In this document: piece by piece, positions 26,579-36,093 of the stretch
Layout: every line of letters starts with the position of its first letter
Position numbering within the stretch: position 1 is the stretch's first letter
Source of the DNA: Candidatus Altiarchaeota archaeon
GTDB lineage: Archaea; Altiarchaeota; Altiarchaeia; IMC4; SCGC-AAA252-I15
NCBI GenBank assembly: GCA_043804895.1
Contig: JAZDIN010000004.1
Coordinates: 72,887 to 136,886 of the forward strand
DNA length: 64,000 bases
Direction of reading: 5' to 3'
The notes under the pieces: model-generated
What the model was told of the DNA's origin: nothing
Seen by the model: only the letters and a program-made list of their open reading frames with translations
The model's database searches: none
Program-made: the position numbers and the translations under genes

Positions 26579-27083
26579 TTTTAACACCGAAATTGTTTTT
26601 CATGAATTCTATCGCTTCGTCCCTTTGCACCCTGGCCTTTTGCGGTACTTTGACGTTTTTTCTGGCGCGCCTTTGTATGCTGTAGCCGGGGTGTTCTAGG
26701 TTCACGTTCACGTTCATGCCGAATATCCCTATCTCAGGGTCGTATTTGAGACCTTGTATGTCGAGGTATTCCTGTATCCCGTATGAGACGTTCCCTGTGG
26801 TGTCGAAGTTCCCTGGGTTGAGTGCGTTGTTCTTCGCGTAGAGTGTGCGTTTGATTATCTCGACTGCGTCCTTTCCCCTGAGGGTCACTTTGCATCCGAT
26901 TGGTTCGCCCTTCTTCAGGTCCCATGTTGGTATCTTGCGTTTTGAGACTGTCCTCACCGGCTTTTTGCTTGTGAGCTTCTGAAGGAGCTTCTCGGCTTTT
27001 CCGAGCTTCTCTCCTGACTCTCCGACGCCTATGTTGACTGTGACCTTCTCTATCCTTGGGGTTTGCATAACGTTTGCTATCAT
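26562..27083 (-). CDS. rpl5: 50S ribosomal protein L5 (uL5)
   Basis: [16 protein letters not shown]...GMNVNV. 173 aa. Operon position between S4e and S14. Confidence 0.93.
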   Translation of the reverse strand: MIANVMQTPRIEKVTVNIGVGESGEKLGKAEKLLQKLTSKKPVRTVSKRKIPTWDLKKGEPIGCKVTLRGKDAVEIIKRTLYAKNNALNPGNFDTTGNVSYGIQEYLDIQGLKYDPEIGIFGMNVNVNLEHPGYSIQRRARKNVKVPQKARVQRDEAIEFMKNNFGVKIEEED

Positions 27084-27730
27084 ACTTCAACCATCGGTTT
27101 GTCTTTTCCTATGACGAACACGTATTCTGTGAGCGTCTTGAAGTCGCCTATCGCTGTGAGGGACTTCCTTGCCGCCGTCCCCGGTAGCACCTCCTTCACG
27201 ACGCCTTTTTCGCAGCGGTGTCTTCCGCTGACGACGAGCACGTGGTTTCCTGCCTCGTAGGGTATCACTTCCTTCAGCTTCCTTCCAGGCAGTTCCAAAA
27301 CTATTGTGTCGTTCACCTTAACCTTCTTGTCTGATATCAGGTTAGTCCCATCGTGGAGGTTCAACTGGGTCTTCCCGCCTGTTAGCGTCCTCTTCCCGAT
27401 GACCCTGCATAGTTTCGTCTTGGAAGAGCCAACTACCTTTAGAGTGAAGCCCTTCTTCGCAGTTGTCACGATGAAGTTTTCCTTTGTCTTCGGTATGGAC
27501 AGGACGTCCATGAGGCCGACCCCGTATTTGGAGTCTTTGACTGGTTTGCCGTCGACCTCTATCATCCCGCCTGATATTATCTTCTCTGCTTCTTCGCTCT
27601 TGTCTGCGAGGTCCAACATCTTCAAAACGTCTATGAGCGGTATGGACTCAGTCTTCTTGTGCGGGCCCCTTGGGGTTGCAGTCCATTTCCTGCCCTTCTC
27701 CCCGCCGACCGCGATTGCCTTCGTGTGCAT
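27080..27730 (-). CDS. rps4e: 30S ribosomal protein S4e (eS4)
   Basis: 216 aa. PRGPHKK...IPL..VL, GGMIEVDGKPVKDSKYGVGLMDVLSI and a KOW-like C-terminus. Operon position after L24. Confidence 0.9.
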   Translation of the reverse strand: MHTKAIAVGGEKGRKWTATPRGPHKKTESIPLIDVLKMLDLADKSEEAEKIISGGMIEVDGKPVKDSKYGVGLMDVLSIPKTKENFIVTTAKKGFTLKVVGSSKTKLCRVIGKRTLTGGKTQLNLHDGTNLISDKKVKVNDTIVLELPGRKLKEVIPYEAGNHVLVVSGRHRCEKGVVKEVLPGTAARKSLTAIGDFKTLTEYVFVIGKDKPMVEV

Positions 27731-28104
27731 TATTTCGCCTCCGTGTTCCTGGCCATAGCATCCCTGCGTTCCTTGTCCTCCTCGTGGAATTGGGTTATCA
27801 TAACGTTTGAGGGGTGGACTGGCCTTTCGACTTCCTTCCCGTCAGTCTTCTTGGCTATGACGCCGTTTATGAATACCTTGTATTTGCTTATGTCAACTCC
27901 CATCACCTCTCCGGTGTGTCCTCTCATGGTTCCGCGCATTATCTTCACCGTGTCGCCTTTCCTGAGTGGCATGCTGTTCCTCTTGTACTTGCCCTTCAAC
28001 TCCTTGCTCAGCGCCGCTGACACCATCTTATGCCTTGCATGGAGCGGGGCCTTCGCCAGCCACTTCCTCTGCTTCCTCGGTTGCTTTGATGTTGGCCTTA
28101 TCAT
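27730..28104 (-). CDS. rpl24: 50S ribosomal protein L24 (uL24)
   Basis: KOW motif LRKGDTVKIMRGTMRGHTGEV. 124 aa. Confidence 0.92.
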   Translation of the reverse strand: MIRPTSKQPRKQRKWLAKAPLHARHKMVSAALSKELKGKYKRNSMPLRKGDTVKIMRGTMRGHTGEVMGVDISKYKVFINGVIAKKTDGKEVERPVHPSNVMITQFHEEDKERRDAMARNTEAK

Positions 28105-28105
28105 T

Positions 28106-28546
28106 TTAGATTACTATGCTCGATATCGTCGCTATCTTAGACCAGCGTTCGGTCGCCTCCTTCGCTACCGGACCTTTTATTTCCGTGCCCTTGGGCATGC
28201 CTTCCTCGCCGACGATGATTGCGGCGTTGTCTTCGAAGCATATCCTTGAGCCGTTAGCCCTCCGGTAAGGGTGCTTTTGCCGTATTACCACGGCGTGGAT
28301 GACCTGTTTTCTCATGTCAGGCCTTCCCTTCTTGACTGATGCGATGATCATGTCGCCTACGCCGGCGGTCGGCATCCTGTTTCTCACGCCCTTGTATCCC
28401 CTGACAGCTATTATGCTAATCTCCTTCGCGCCTGTGTTGTCTGCGCACACCAGGTGGGCGTTGTTTGTGAGCGTCTTGGTTATGTTAGCCGAGATAGCCT
28501 TCCCGAGGGGTAGGTTCTTCGGCATACCTCCGAGTGGCTTAGCCAT
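28106..28546 (-). CDS. rpl14: 50S ribosomal protein L14 (uL14)
   Basis: LVCADNTGAKEISIIAV...GDMIIASVKKG...AVVIRQK. Confidence 0.94.
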   Translation of the reverse strand: MAKPLGGMPKNLPLGKAISANITKTLTNNAHLVCADNTGAKEISIIAVRGYKGVRNRMPTAGVGDMIIASVKKGRPDMRKQVIHAVVIRQKHPYRRANGSRICFEDNAAIIVGEEGMPKGTEIKGPVAKEATERWSKIATISSIVI

Positions 28547-28937
28547 TCTCTACCTCCGTCTTCTTCCTCGGCTTCTTAGGCGCCTTCTTAGTTGCCTTAG
28601 GTTCAACCTCTTTTTTGTGCTTCGGCTCCTCCTTCACGACCTCGTCCTTGTTGAGCTTCTCAATTACTACGAAGCTTACGGTCTTTGCGAGCTTCCTGCA
28701 CTCCATGATCCTGACTGCGTCCCCTTCCTTTGCCCCAATGCATGGCGGGTTGTGCGCCGGCATCCTGGATGTGTGCTTCCTGTACCTGTCGTATTTCCTG
28801 ATTTTGATGAAGCGCTCCCTGAGGACGATGACCGTCCCCTGCATCTTGTCCGAGACCACCACTCCATCCAAGACCGTGCCCCTCGTAGAGAGGGTCCCGT
28901 GTACTGGGCAGTTCCTGTCCTTACATTCCATGTTCAA
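28539..28937 (-). CDS. rps17: 30S ribosomal protein S17 (uS17) with a Lys-rich C-terminal extension
   Basis: CKDRNCPVHGTL..RG..L.G.VVSDKM..TV.V and ...GD.V.I.ECR.L.K...F.V. The tail is KEEPKHKKEVEPKATKKAPKKPRKK. Confidence 0.9.
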   Translation of the reverse strand: MNMECKDRNCPVHGTLSTRGTVLDGVVVSDKMQGTVIVLRERFIKIRKYDRYRKHTSRMPAHNPPCIGAKEGDAVRIMECRKLAKTVSFVVIEKLNKDEVVKEEPKHKKEVEPKATKKAPKKPRKKTEVENG

Positions 28938-29203
28938 AACCTTATCCTATGCTTCCTCTTTATGCGGTCCTCAGGTCGCTCGGAAAGCAGTTCGCCTTCC
29001 GCCTCAACGACCGCACCGGATGGCAGCCGGAACTCCAGCACGCTGGATTCCTTCACCACCGTCTTGACCCCCGAGGGGGTCTTGAGCTTGAACGTGTTTT
29101 TCGTCTCCTCCTCCACGACGCCTTCGAACGTCTTGCCCCCCACCCGCACCTTGAGGGGGAGGCCGACCAGCTCGTGCCGGAGTATGTTATATGGGCTTAT
29201 CAT
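28934..29203 (-). CDS. rnp1: RNase P protein component 1 (Rpp29/Pop4)
   Basis: ILRHELVGLPLKVRVGG...GVVEEETKNTFKLKT matches the Rpp29 Sm-like core. Start trimmed to MISPYN (ATG at 29203). Canonical archaeal position between SUI1/L29 and S17. Confidence 0.8.
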   Translation of the reverse strand: MISPYNILRHELVGLPLKVRVGGKTFEGVVEEETKNTFKLKTPSGVKTVVKESSVLEFRLPSGAVVEAEGELLSERPEDRIKRKHRIRF

Positions 29204-29232
29204 TGTTGTTTGAGAGTAGGGCTTCAAACAGT

Positions 29233-29529
29233 TTATGCGACATCTATCATGTTCTCTGAGAACCCCATGTTTACCAGAACCTCCTTCACGCGGTTCACAT
29301 GGTTCCCCTGCAATTCTATGATGTCGTTTTTCGACGTTCCGCCGCACGCCATAGTCCTCTTCAAGTCCTTCGCGACCTTATCTACGTCGACGTTCTCGAA
29401 ACCTTCTATGACAGTCACGTACTTCCCGTAACGCCTCTTGTCACCCCTGACCCTTATCTTCTGACCCACGCGGGTCATCTCCTCGCAAACGCAAAGCTCC
29501 TTCGGCAGACCGCACTTGGGGCAGTTCAT
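29233..29529 (-). CDS. sui1: translation initiation factor aSUI1 (eIF1 homologue)
   Basis: N-terminal CPKCGLPKELCVC zinc knuckle, then KIRVRGDKRRYGKYVTVIEGF...LKRTMACGGT. Confidence 0.9.
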   Translation of the reverse strand: MNCPKCGLPKELCVCEEMTRVGQKIRVRGDKRRYGKYVTVIEGFENVDVDKVAKDLKRTMACGGTSKNDIIELQGNHVNRVKEVLVNMGFSENMIDVA

Positions 29530-29759
29530 TTCTTGGTTGAAACCTCCCTCTTGCCGCCTGCCTTGGCCTTCTGGGCCTTTATGGTCTTTATGCGCGCGAT
29601 GGTCCTTTTTATCTCCCTTGCCTTGCCGACCTCCTCGGGTATGCCCCCGGATGCCAGCACGCCCTGTATCTTCATCAACTCCTTCCGAAGTTGGGTCAGG
29701 CGCTCATCCATCTCAGAGTCGTTCATGCCCTGTATTTCATCTGAACGTAATATTGCCAT
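29526..29759 (-). CDS. rpl29: 50S ribosomal protein L29 (uL29)
   Basis: LRSDEIQGMNDSEMDERLTQLRKELMKIQG. 77 aa. Confidence 0.9.
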   Translation of the reverse strand: MAILRSDEIQGMNDSEMDERLTQLRKELMKIQGVLASGGIPEEVGKAREIKRTIARIKTIKAQKAKAGGKREVSTKK

Positions 29760-29790
29760 TTAGAGTGTATATTATAATATGTTATCGTAT

Positions 29791-30564
29791 TTAAGGTTTA
29801 TCTGCCGGTTCAGCCTCTTCTTGCGTGTTCTCCACTACAGCCACGGCCTCTGACACTGGTTCTTCTGTCTTCGTCTCGGCTTCGGCCGGCGCTACCTCGC
29901 CTTCTGGCACCTTCTTCTTCCTAGCCTTCCTCTTCGGCTTCTTCTCCTCTTCCGGGAGCGGCTGGATACCCTTTAGGACGCTGATCTGATCTGGGAATTT
30001 CGTGTCCGGCGGGACTATCTTCACAGTCACGCCTATGACCCCTGCCTTAAGGTAGGCTTGAGTGGAGCCTACCTTGACGAGCTTGAGGCTGTCCCCTGCT
30101 TTTTTCATGTAGCCTTCCGCGTATTTCTCGGATCTTGAGCGTCCGCCTTTTCCTACGATTTTTCCTGAAAGGATAATCTCAACCCCTCTGGCTCTGGATG
30201 ACATGACAGCCCTAACCGCCTTGTAGGCGATTCTTCTCCTGTTCATGCCCCTCTCTAATGCGACCGCAATCCTCCTGGCTATGATGTTCGGGTCCAATGT
30301 CGGCTTCTCAATCTTCTGCACGTCGATTGAGGGATTCTCTATGCCGAACTTCTCCTTCAGAAGCGATGTCAGCGTGTTAATCCTCTTACCCTTCTTGCCG
30401 ATGACTATCGGCGGCTTCTCGACGAACAGTATGACCCTCGTCGTGAGGGGCGTCTTCTGTATGCTGATTCCGCTGTAACCCGCCCTGTTGAGTTCATTGC
30501 GCAGGAGGCTCTCTATCTCGCTCCTTATGACACCCTCCTGTATGAAATGCCTTTCAATCGCCAT
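29791..30564 (-). CDS. rps3: 30S ribosomal protein S3 (uS3) with an acidic/Lys-rich C-terminal tail
   Basis: KH domain (MAIERHFIQEGVIRSEIESLL...VILFVEKPPIVIGKKGKRI). Start trimmed to the ATG at 30564, next to the L22 stop. Confidence 0.92.
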   Translation of the reverse strand: MAIERHFIQEGVIRSEIESLLRNELNRAGYSGISIQKTPLTTRVILFVEKPPIVIGKKGKRINTLTSLLKEKFGIENPSIDVQKIEKPTLDPNIIARRIAVALERGMNRRRIAYKAVRAVMSSRARGVEIILSGKIVGKGGRSRSEKYAEGYMKKAGDSLKLVKVGSTQAYLKAGVIGVTVKIVPPDTKFPDQISVLKGIQPLPEEEKKPKRKARKKKVPEGEVAPAEAETKTEEPVSEAVAVVENTQEEAEPADKP

Positions 30565-30565
30565 T

Positions 30566-31009
30566 TTACTTCTCCTTCCCCACGACCTGCAAGTGGCAGT
30601 ATTCCGTCTCCCAGGTGGTGTAGCGGCCTTTCGGCTTCCTCCTCGGCCTTGAGACTCCATGCTGGGCTTGTGAGTGGGTTATCTTTACCTTTTCTGAATC
30701 GTACCCCTTGAACTCCGCGTTAGATTGGAGGTTCTTCAGTATCTTCAGCGCGTATCCTGCCGCCTTCACAGGGTACCTGCTCATCTTGAACTGGTTTCCG
30801 GGGCGGTGTCCGATGCCTGTGTTGAATCTTCTGAAGGGTATTGGGCGCTTCAGCGAGACCACGTCCTCCATCCTCTTGATTGCAGTCTCAATGTTCTTCC
30901 CCTTTATGGCCTCGGCTACCATGATCATGTCCTTGAACGAGACGTTCATATCCCGTCCCATCGCCTTCACGGTCTTCTCGCCCGGCTTTATGGAGTACTT
31001 GAGTTTCAT
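30566..31009 (-). CDS. rpl22: 50S ribosomal protein L22 (uL22)
   Basis: KAMGRDMNVSFKDMIMVAEAIKGK...GRYPVKAAGYALKILKN. Confidence 0.92.
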   Translation of the reverse strand: MKLKYSIKPGEKTVKAMGRDMNVSFKDMIMVAEAIKGKNIETAIKRMEDVVSLKRPIPFRRFNTGIGHRPGNQFKMSRYPVKAAGYALKILKNLQSNAEFKGYDSEKVKITHSQAQHGVSRPRRKPKGRYTTWETEYCHLQVVGKEK

Positions 31010-31012
31010 TTT

Positions 31013-31411
31013 TTATTTGATTGGCACGAAGAGCGAGCTTCTTGTTGCTCCGACTCCCGGGGCACTGTGTTTCACGGTCCTTCTGCATAGGGCGAACTCG
31101 CCGAGGAACTTGCCCAACATCTCCACGTTCACTTCCACGTCCACGAATTCCTTCCCGTTGTAGACTCCGAACCTGAGGCCCGCCATCTCCGGGAGTATGA
31201 CCATGTCCCTGCAGTGAGTCCTTATCGGCTTCTTCTGCGGCGTCTTCCTCGCCTCCACTGCAGCCTCAAGGAGCTTAGTCTGCTGCTCATCCAACCCCCT
31301 CTTCAAGCTGCGCCTAGCCCTTGAGCTGAAAAACTTCATAACATCATCCAAAGGCATGCTCTGGAGTTCCTCAATCGTGTGACCCCTGTAGTGTAGTTCC
31401 CTTTTAGCCAT
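31013..31411 (-). CDS. rps19: 30S ribosomal protein S19 (uS19)
   Basis: IRTHCRDMVILPEMAGLRFGVYNGKEF..VEV...LGKFLGEFA..R..VKHSAPGVGATRSS. Confidence 0.94.
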   Translation of the reverse strand: MAKRELHYRGHTIEELQSMPLDDVMKFFSSRARRSLKRGLDEQQTKLLEAAVEARKTPQKKPIRTHCRDMVILPEMAGLRFGVYNGKEFVDVEVNVEMLGKFLGEFALCRRTVKHSAPGVGATRSSLFVPIK

Positions 31412-31417
31412 TTTAAT

Positions 31418-32146
31418 TTAACCCTTCTTCTTCAATCCGGTCCTTCTCGCGGCGATGTGCCCGACCTTCCTCCCTGGGGGAGCATTCCTTGACACCGTCG
31501 TCGGCCTACCGACATGTGGGTGCCTTCCTCCGCCGTGCTTGTGGTCCACAGCGTTCTTCGCGCGGCCTACGACCACAGGCCACAACTTCCCGCGAGCCCT
31601 CATGGGGTAGAAGTTCTGGCCTGCATGGAGCATCGGCTTGTCCTTGCGGCCGCCTGCCGCTACCCTGCCGACGCTCGCGAGCGATTCGCTTCTGACGAAC
31701 TTAATCTTCTTTGAAGGTAGTTTAAGCTGCGTCAGCCCGGTTAGTTTGTCGTGCGCTACAACAGACCCTGACGTGCCTGCAGTCCTCACCATCTTCCCGC
31801 CGTCTCCCGGCTTGTTTTCGATGTTGTAGATGTCGGTTCCGGCCGGTATCTTGATTAACGGCAGCACGTTTCCTGGATTCAGCTTCGCCTCTGAGCCTAA
31901 CTCGATGGTCTGGCCTACGTGCAAACCCTCAGCAGCTATCATGTTGGTTGTAGTGAAATCGTCGAGCATGATGTTCGCAAGCGGGGCAGTCCTCCCGGGG
32001 TCGTTGATGAACTCCAGTATCTGACCTAGCCTTTTCCCGTTATAATCCATCCTCGGATAGGCTACTTCGCCTTTGAACCTGTGAGATGGCGAACGGTACC
32101 TTGGGGTTCCGCGTCCGCGCCTCTGGGGGATGTTCCGGTTCGGCAT
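31418..32146 (-). CDS. rpl2: 50S ribosomal protein L2 (uL2)
   Basis: GNVLPL..IP.GT.I.NIE..PGDGGK..R.AG and DHKHGGG...GRP motifs. 242 aa. Confidence 0.96.
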   Translation of the reverse strand: MPNRNIPQRRGRGTPRYRSPSHRFKGEVAYPRMDYNGKRLGQILEFINDPGRTAPLANIMLDDFTTTNMIAAEGLHVGQTIELGSEAKLNPGNVLPLIKIPAGTDIYNIENKPGDGGKMVRTAGTSGSVVAHDKLTGLTQLKLPSKKIKFVRSESLASVGRVAAGGRKDKPMLHAGQNFYPMRARGKLWPVVVGRAKNAVDHKHGGGRHPHVGRPTTVSRNAPPGRKVGHIAARRTGLKKKG

Positions 32147-32147
32147 C

Positions 32148-32408
32148 CTACAGCACCCCCATGTGAGACGCTATCTCGTCAGCCTTATGCTTCTTGTCCA
32201 ATTTTATGTGAGCCTTCTTGTGGCCATCTGTCGTGTGCATTACCCTGACGTCAACCACCTTAACGTTGAACATCTTCTCCGCGGCGATTCTGACATCCTT
32301 CTTTGAGGCCCTCTTGTCAACTATGAATGTGAGCGTATTCTCCTTCTCCCTGAGCATCGTCGCCTTCTCGCCCATCAACGGGTATAGGAGTGTCTCGTAT
32401 GGTTCCAT
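32148..32408 (-). CDS. rpl23: 50S ribosomal protein L23 (uL23)
   Basis: LYPLMGEKATMLREKENTLTFIVDKRASKKDVRIAAEKMFNVKV. 86 aa. Confidence 0.92.
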   Translation of the reverse strand: MEPYETLLYPLMGEKATMLREKENTLTFIVDKRASKKDVRIAAEKMFNVKVVDVRVMHTTDGHKKAHIKLDKKHKADEIASHMGVL

Positions 32409-32409
32409 C

Positions 32410-33135
32410 TTATTTAATATTCTTTATCGCAGATTCGCTCCAGACTGTGAGCCGGCCTGCCTTAGCGCCGGGGGCGAGGACGTCCACGCCCATGTCATCC
32501 ACTGTCGCAACGTCAACGCCGCTTATGTTGGACGCCGCCTTCCTTATCCCCTTATCTTCTTTCACTATGATTAGGATTTTCTTCCTCTTCCCGGAGTCAA
32601 GCTCATCATGTAGGCCGACAGCGACGAGAGCCTTCTTCACGTCAGATGCTTTCTTAAGGCCTTCCAGCTTGTCTTCGAAGACAACTGGAAGTTCTAAGCC
32701 GCCTATTATGTGACCATGGGATTCGACGAGCGCCCTGTTGCCTGTTGCCGCGACCGCGGAATCCAAAGCCAGCTTAAGCTCCTTCTTGTTTATCTTGCGA
32801 CTGTAATCCTTGCCCTTCGGCGGGTGAGCCCTCCTGCCGCCCTTAGCCTGCGGTAGCCTCACCACACGACCTAAACCGCCTCCTCCAGTCTTGACCCTTG
32901 GAAGCCTGCTCATACCCTTGTTTATCGTCTGCCTGTAATGGTTCTTCCTTGAGCCGAAATAGTTTCCGCTAGTCTGCAACCCTGCAAGAGGCGAAGTCGC
33001 ATACGGTTGGCGTAGGTTAGCGAGCGCTGCCACGACCGTCCGTTGTATGATGTCCGGCCTGTAGGCTGCCGAAAACACCCTCGGCAATTCGACGCTGCCC
33101 TTCGTCTTCCCGTCCAACGAATAAACCTTCACCAT
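32410..33135 (-). CDS. rpl4: 50S ribosomal protein L4 (uL4)
   Basis: MVKVYSLDGKTKGSVELP...GGGLGRVVRLPQAKGGRRAHPPK. Start trimmed to the ATG at 33135. Confidence 0.93.
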   Translation of the reverse strand: MVKVYSLDGKTKGSVELPRVFSAAYRPDIIQRTVVAALANLRQPYATSPLAGLQTSGNYFGSRKNHYRQTINKGMSRLPRVKTGGGGLGRVVRLPQAKGGRRAHPPKGKDYSRKINKKELKLALDSAVAATGNRALVESHGHIIGGLELPVVFEDKLEGLKKASDVKKALVAVGLHDELDSGKRKKILIIVKEDKGIRKAASNISGVDVATVDDMGVDVLAPGAKAGRLTVWSESAIKNIK

Positions 33136-33139
33136 CTTC

Positions 33140-34126
33140 TCATGCCCCCTGCTTCGACGAAACGTCAATGTGCTTTATCGTGTAATTAACCGGCTGATGC
33201 CCACGCCGGGGGAACGTGAACCTGACGACCCTCTTGCTCGGCCCAGGGACGCTGCCGTACAGCATCACATAGTCGCCCTTCACAGGGCCGTAGTGTAGGA
33301 ATCCTCCGGCAGGCGAGACTTCCCCGCCGTTTCCGCTTATCTTAAGTATCAATTTGTTGAATTCAGTCCTCGTATGGTATCCTATCTGTCCGGGGAGGGG
33401 CTCAACCCACAGTTTCCTGGCTGGCTGCCAGGAGCCGCCAGTCCCGCCGTGCCTTCGCTTCTTGGTAGCCTTACTAGGCTGCTTCCTCACGCCGTACCTT
33501 TTGATGACGCCGCCGAAACCCTTACCCTTTGTCACGGACGTGACGTCAACGAAATCTTTTTCTTTGAACACGTCCTTGAACGAAATCTCCTTCCCCAACA
33601 CGCCCTTAGCATAAGCTAGTTTGTCTGCCACGGTCCCGCTTAGGACAAGTTCCATGATGTCAGGAATCTTCTTAGGAGCATGAGTAAGGTAAGGCTGAGT
33701 ATAGGATATCAAACGAACGTCGCTGACGTTTTTAAGGCCCTTATCGACTTCAGCAAGCTTCTTCGCAGAATCAGTCTTTTTAGGCAGGCTCGTGCGCTCG
33801 CCCACCTCCTTCCCAGGAGCGTCGCACCATATGTCTGTGAAGGATTCGGGGCCGCCGTAGCCTGCGCGGTAGACCCTGATTCCCACAATCTTCATCGGAG
33901 GAGTCTCAACGATTGTGACAGGAACGAAAACCTCAGAACCTGCCGTGACATTCCCCTTATTCTCATCGACTGCCATGCAATGGGTCATCCCAGCCTTATA
34001 GCCCGTGAAACCAAGAACCTTAGAATCTCCAGACGGCCAAGTGTGTATCCTCGGCTTCTCCTGCCTCGCCCTCTTCAAAGGACGGTACGCTCGTGAGCCA
34101 GCAACTGGCTTATTACGTTTTGCCAT
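33140..34126 (-). CDS. rpl3: 50S ribosomal protein L3 (uL3)
   Basis: GYKAGMTHCMAVD...TKGKGFGGVIKRYGV...GQIGYHTRTE. 328 aa. First gene of the operon. Confidence 0.96.
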   Translation of the reverse strand: MAKRNKPVAGSRAYRPLKRARQEKPRIHTWPSGDSKVLGFTGYKAGMTHCMAVDENKGNVTAGSEVFVPVTIVETPPMKIVGIRVYRAGYGGPESFTDIWCDAPGKEVGERTSLPKKTDSAKKLAEVDKGLKNVSDVRLISYTQPYLTHAPKKIPDIMELVLSGTVADKLAYAKGVLGKEISFKDVFKEKDFVDVTSVTKGKGFGGVIKRYGVRKQPSKATKKRRHGGTGGSWQPARKLWVEPLPGQIGYHTRTEFNKLILKISGNGGEVSPAGGFLHYGPVKGDYVMLYGSVPGPSKRVVRFTFPRRGHQPVNYTIKHIDVSSKQGA

Positions 34127-34189
34127 AGGCCTTCTTAAAAGAAATGGTCTTGGAAGACCATTAGAATAGCATAGCAGCTTAAAAACTGC

Positions 34190-34220
34190 CCTTAAATATA
34201 AACACTTCGCCTATATAAGC
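34190..34220 (-). promoter_or_regulatory. promoter region of the L3 ribosomal operon (two TATA-like boxes)
   Basis: The minus strand reads GCTTATATAGG and GTTTATATTTAAGG, 65-95 nt upstream of the L3 ATG. A hairpin (ATGGTCTT-CC-AAGACCAT) follows in the leader. Confidence 0.4.
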
Positions 34221-34225
34221 AGTGT

Positions 34226-34405
34226 CTATCTTAGCCTTCTCTTCCTCTTCGCTTGGGGGACCCTCTTAAGCCTCGGACCACGGCCGAAGCCGCATGAAGC
34301 GCACACTTTCTTCCGCTGGTGGTAGCTTCTTGAGCCGCACCTACCGCATTTCACATGGGTCTTCCTCTTACCCATCTTCCCGTGGCTTGCAGTCCCCTTG
34401 CTCAT
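34226..34405 (-). CDS. rpl37e: 50S ribosomal protein L37e (eL37)
   Basis: My own translation: [59 protein letters not shown]. It has the C4 zinc-ribbon eL37 signature. Below the track cut-off. Confidence 0.88.
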   Translation of the reverse strand: MSKGTASHGKMGKRKTHVKCGRCGSRSYHQRKKVCASCGFGRGPRLKRVPQAKRKRRLR

Positions 34406-34444
34406 CTTAACCTACTAATATGATATCCTACTATAAAAGTGGAT

Positions 34445-34651
34445 TTAACTTATGAACAAGATCATGTCCCCGCGCAGGAATAGCCTCTTAAACTTCTTGC
34501 TCACATCCCCATCCTGGAACTCCGCATCCTCCAAGACAAGGTTGATGTGTATGTCAAAGGCCTTCAACTTCCCGCGTATCTCCATCCCATTCTTCAGTCG
34601 CACGATAACATGGTTGTCCAACAGCTCCCCGAGCGCATCAAGTGGTTTCAT
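34445..34651 (-). CDS. Sm-like archaeal protein (LSm/SmAP)
   Basis: Sm1/Sm2 pattern: VIVRLKNGMEIRGKLKAFDIHINLVLEDAE...LFLRGDMILFIS. The conserved LSm-L37e gene pair. Confidence 0.9.
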   Translation of the reverse strand: MKPLDALGELLDNHVIVRLKNGMEIRGKLKAFDIHINLVLEDAEFQDGDVSKKFKRLFLRGDMILFIS

Positions 34652-34741
34652 TTTAGAACACCTTAAAAAAATAACTTAGTGATAGAATATGCGAGCAGTA
34701 CTTAAAAACGCTTTTACGTCTTTGATGCAATATTATATACT

Positions 34742-35770
34742 ATGTCTTCTGAGTTGCGTTTGCGTCTTCGTAAGGTTAGGGAGGGTATGCGTGAGGCTAG
34801 AGTGGGGGCTTTTTATGTCACCCGTGACGTTGACGTGCTCTATCTTAGCGGGCAGGAGAGCGGCCGTATCCTGGTGACAGACAAGGATGCGATACTGTGG
34901 GTTAAGGATATATATGAGGAGCTTTATGATGCGACCTATTCTTCAGCCGGTTATCCTCTTGAGGTGAGGGAGTATGATAAGGAGAAGTTGGAGGGGACGT
35001 TGCGCGGCCTCCGTAAGAAGGCAATCGGAGTCTGCTCTTATGATGCTGCAGCCGCGCTGAGGAAGGTTTCCGGAAAGAGGAGTGTGGTGGCTGATGTGGT
35101 GAAGTCCGCGCGGAGTGTGAAGACGAAGCATGAGATTGAGTTAATCAGGAGATCATGCAACATGGCGAAGGCTGGGATGAGGAAGGCCCGCGAAGTCGTC
35201 CGCAAGGACGTGAGGGAGTTGGACGCCGTCGCAGAAGTAGAAGCCGAACTTAGGAGGCGCGGTTCCGAGAAGGCTCCCTTCGGCAGCGGGATGCTCCTTG
35301 CCTCAGGCCGATTCAGCTCCGACATACACGCGAAAGCTTCTTTGAGGAGGATTCAACGCGGCACCGTCGTCGTCGACTTGGGGGCCTGCCATAGGGGGTA
35401 TTTTTCTGACATGACGAGGACGCTCATGGTCGGTGCACCGACGGTTGATGAGAGGCGTGTGATGGAGTCTGTGAGGAATCTCAGGGATGAGACGATAGAC
35501 TACATCAGGCCTGGTATGTTGGCCTCAGAAGTCCATAGGCACGTTGAAGGGAGGATTAGTGGGTTGGGTTTCAATTTCTATCACCTCACAGGACACGGCG
35601 TCGGCTTGGAGGTGCATGAGAGCCCCAGCTTCAGTCCGGATTCGAAGGTGAAGTTGAGGGATGGTATGGTGTTCACTGTCGAACCTGGGATTTACGTGCC
35701 TAAGAAATTCGGAGTCAGGTTCGAGGACACGGTGCTTCTGACAAGAAACGGCTGCAAGAAACTAACCTAA
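34742..35770 (+). CDS. M24-family Xaa-Pro aminopeptidase/dipeptidase
   Basis: Pita-bread metal ligands: VVVDLGA...YFSDMTRT, HLTGHGVGLEVHE, FTVEPGIY, VRFEDTV. Confidence 0.85.
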   Translation: MSSELRLRLRKVREGMREARVGAFYVTRDVDVLYLSGQESGRILVTDKDAILWVKDIYEELYDATYSSAGYPLEVREYDKEKLEGTLRGLRKKAIGVCSYDAAAALRKVSGKRSVVADVVKSARSVKTKHEIELIRRSCNMAKAGMRKAREVVRKDVRELDAVAEVEAELRRRGSEKAPFGSGMLLASGRFSSDIHAKASLRRIQRGTVVVDLGACHRGYFSDMTRTLMVGAPTVDERRVMESVRNLRDETIDYIRPGMLASEVHRHVEGRISGLGFNFYHLTGHGVGLEVHESPSFSPDSKVKLRDGMVFTVEPGIYVPKKFGVRFEDTVLLTRNGCKKLT

Positions 35771-36093
35771 TCGTTTTTCGCCTCCATCTGGAGGTAGCGG
35801 AAGAGTAGTCTCTTAGCGTAAGGCGTTTGTTCAGGAACATCCTCAGGCCTCCTTTTCAGTTTCTCTGCCACCATATTTCTTGTGTTATCCAAGATTTTGC
35901 CCTTCTCCTCACCTGTCAGGGCAGACCACAGGTCATTTGTAAGATTTACCTCATCGGCATGGGGTACGCCCTCCATTGTGAAAGGTGTGAAGTCAAGCCT
36001 CCTTCTGAATTTGTTCACCAACTCAGCTGTCCTCTCCTTCGAAAAAGCAGTAGCCTTCACTATCAGACACCCTCTATAGCCCTCTTCGCACAT
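35767..36093 (-). CDS. hypothetical protein (108 aa)
   Basis: ORF only. A 57-aa ORF (36233-36060, other frame) lies directly upstream, so a frameshifted longer gene cannot be excluded. Confidence 0.35.
   Translation of the reverse strand: MCEEGYRGCLIVKATAFSKERTAELVNKFRRRLDFTPFTMEGVPHADEVNLTNDLWSALTGEEKGKILDNTRNMVAEKLKRRPEDVPEQTPYAKRLLFRYLQMEAKND

Noticed and set aside
28299-29213. 304-aa plus-strand ORF across L14, S17 and Rpp29, and similar antisense ORFs throughout 26.4-34.1 kb
   Set aside because: These are shadow ORFs opposite the ribosomal operon. The coding signal clearly belongs to the minus strand.
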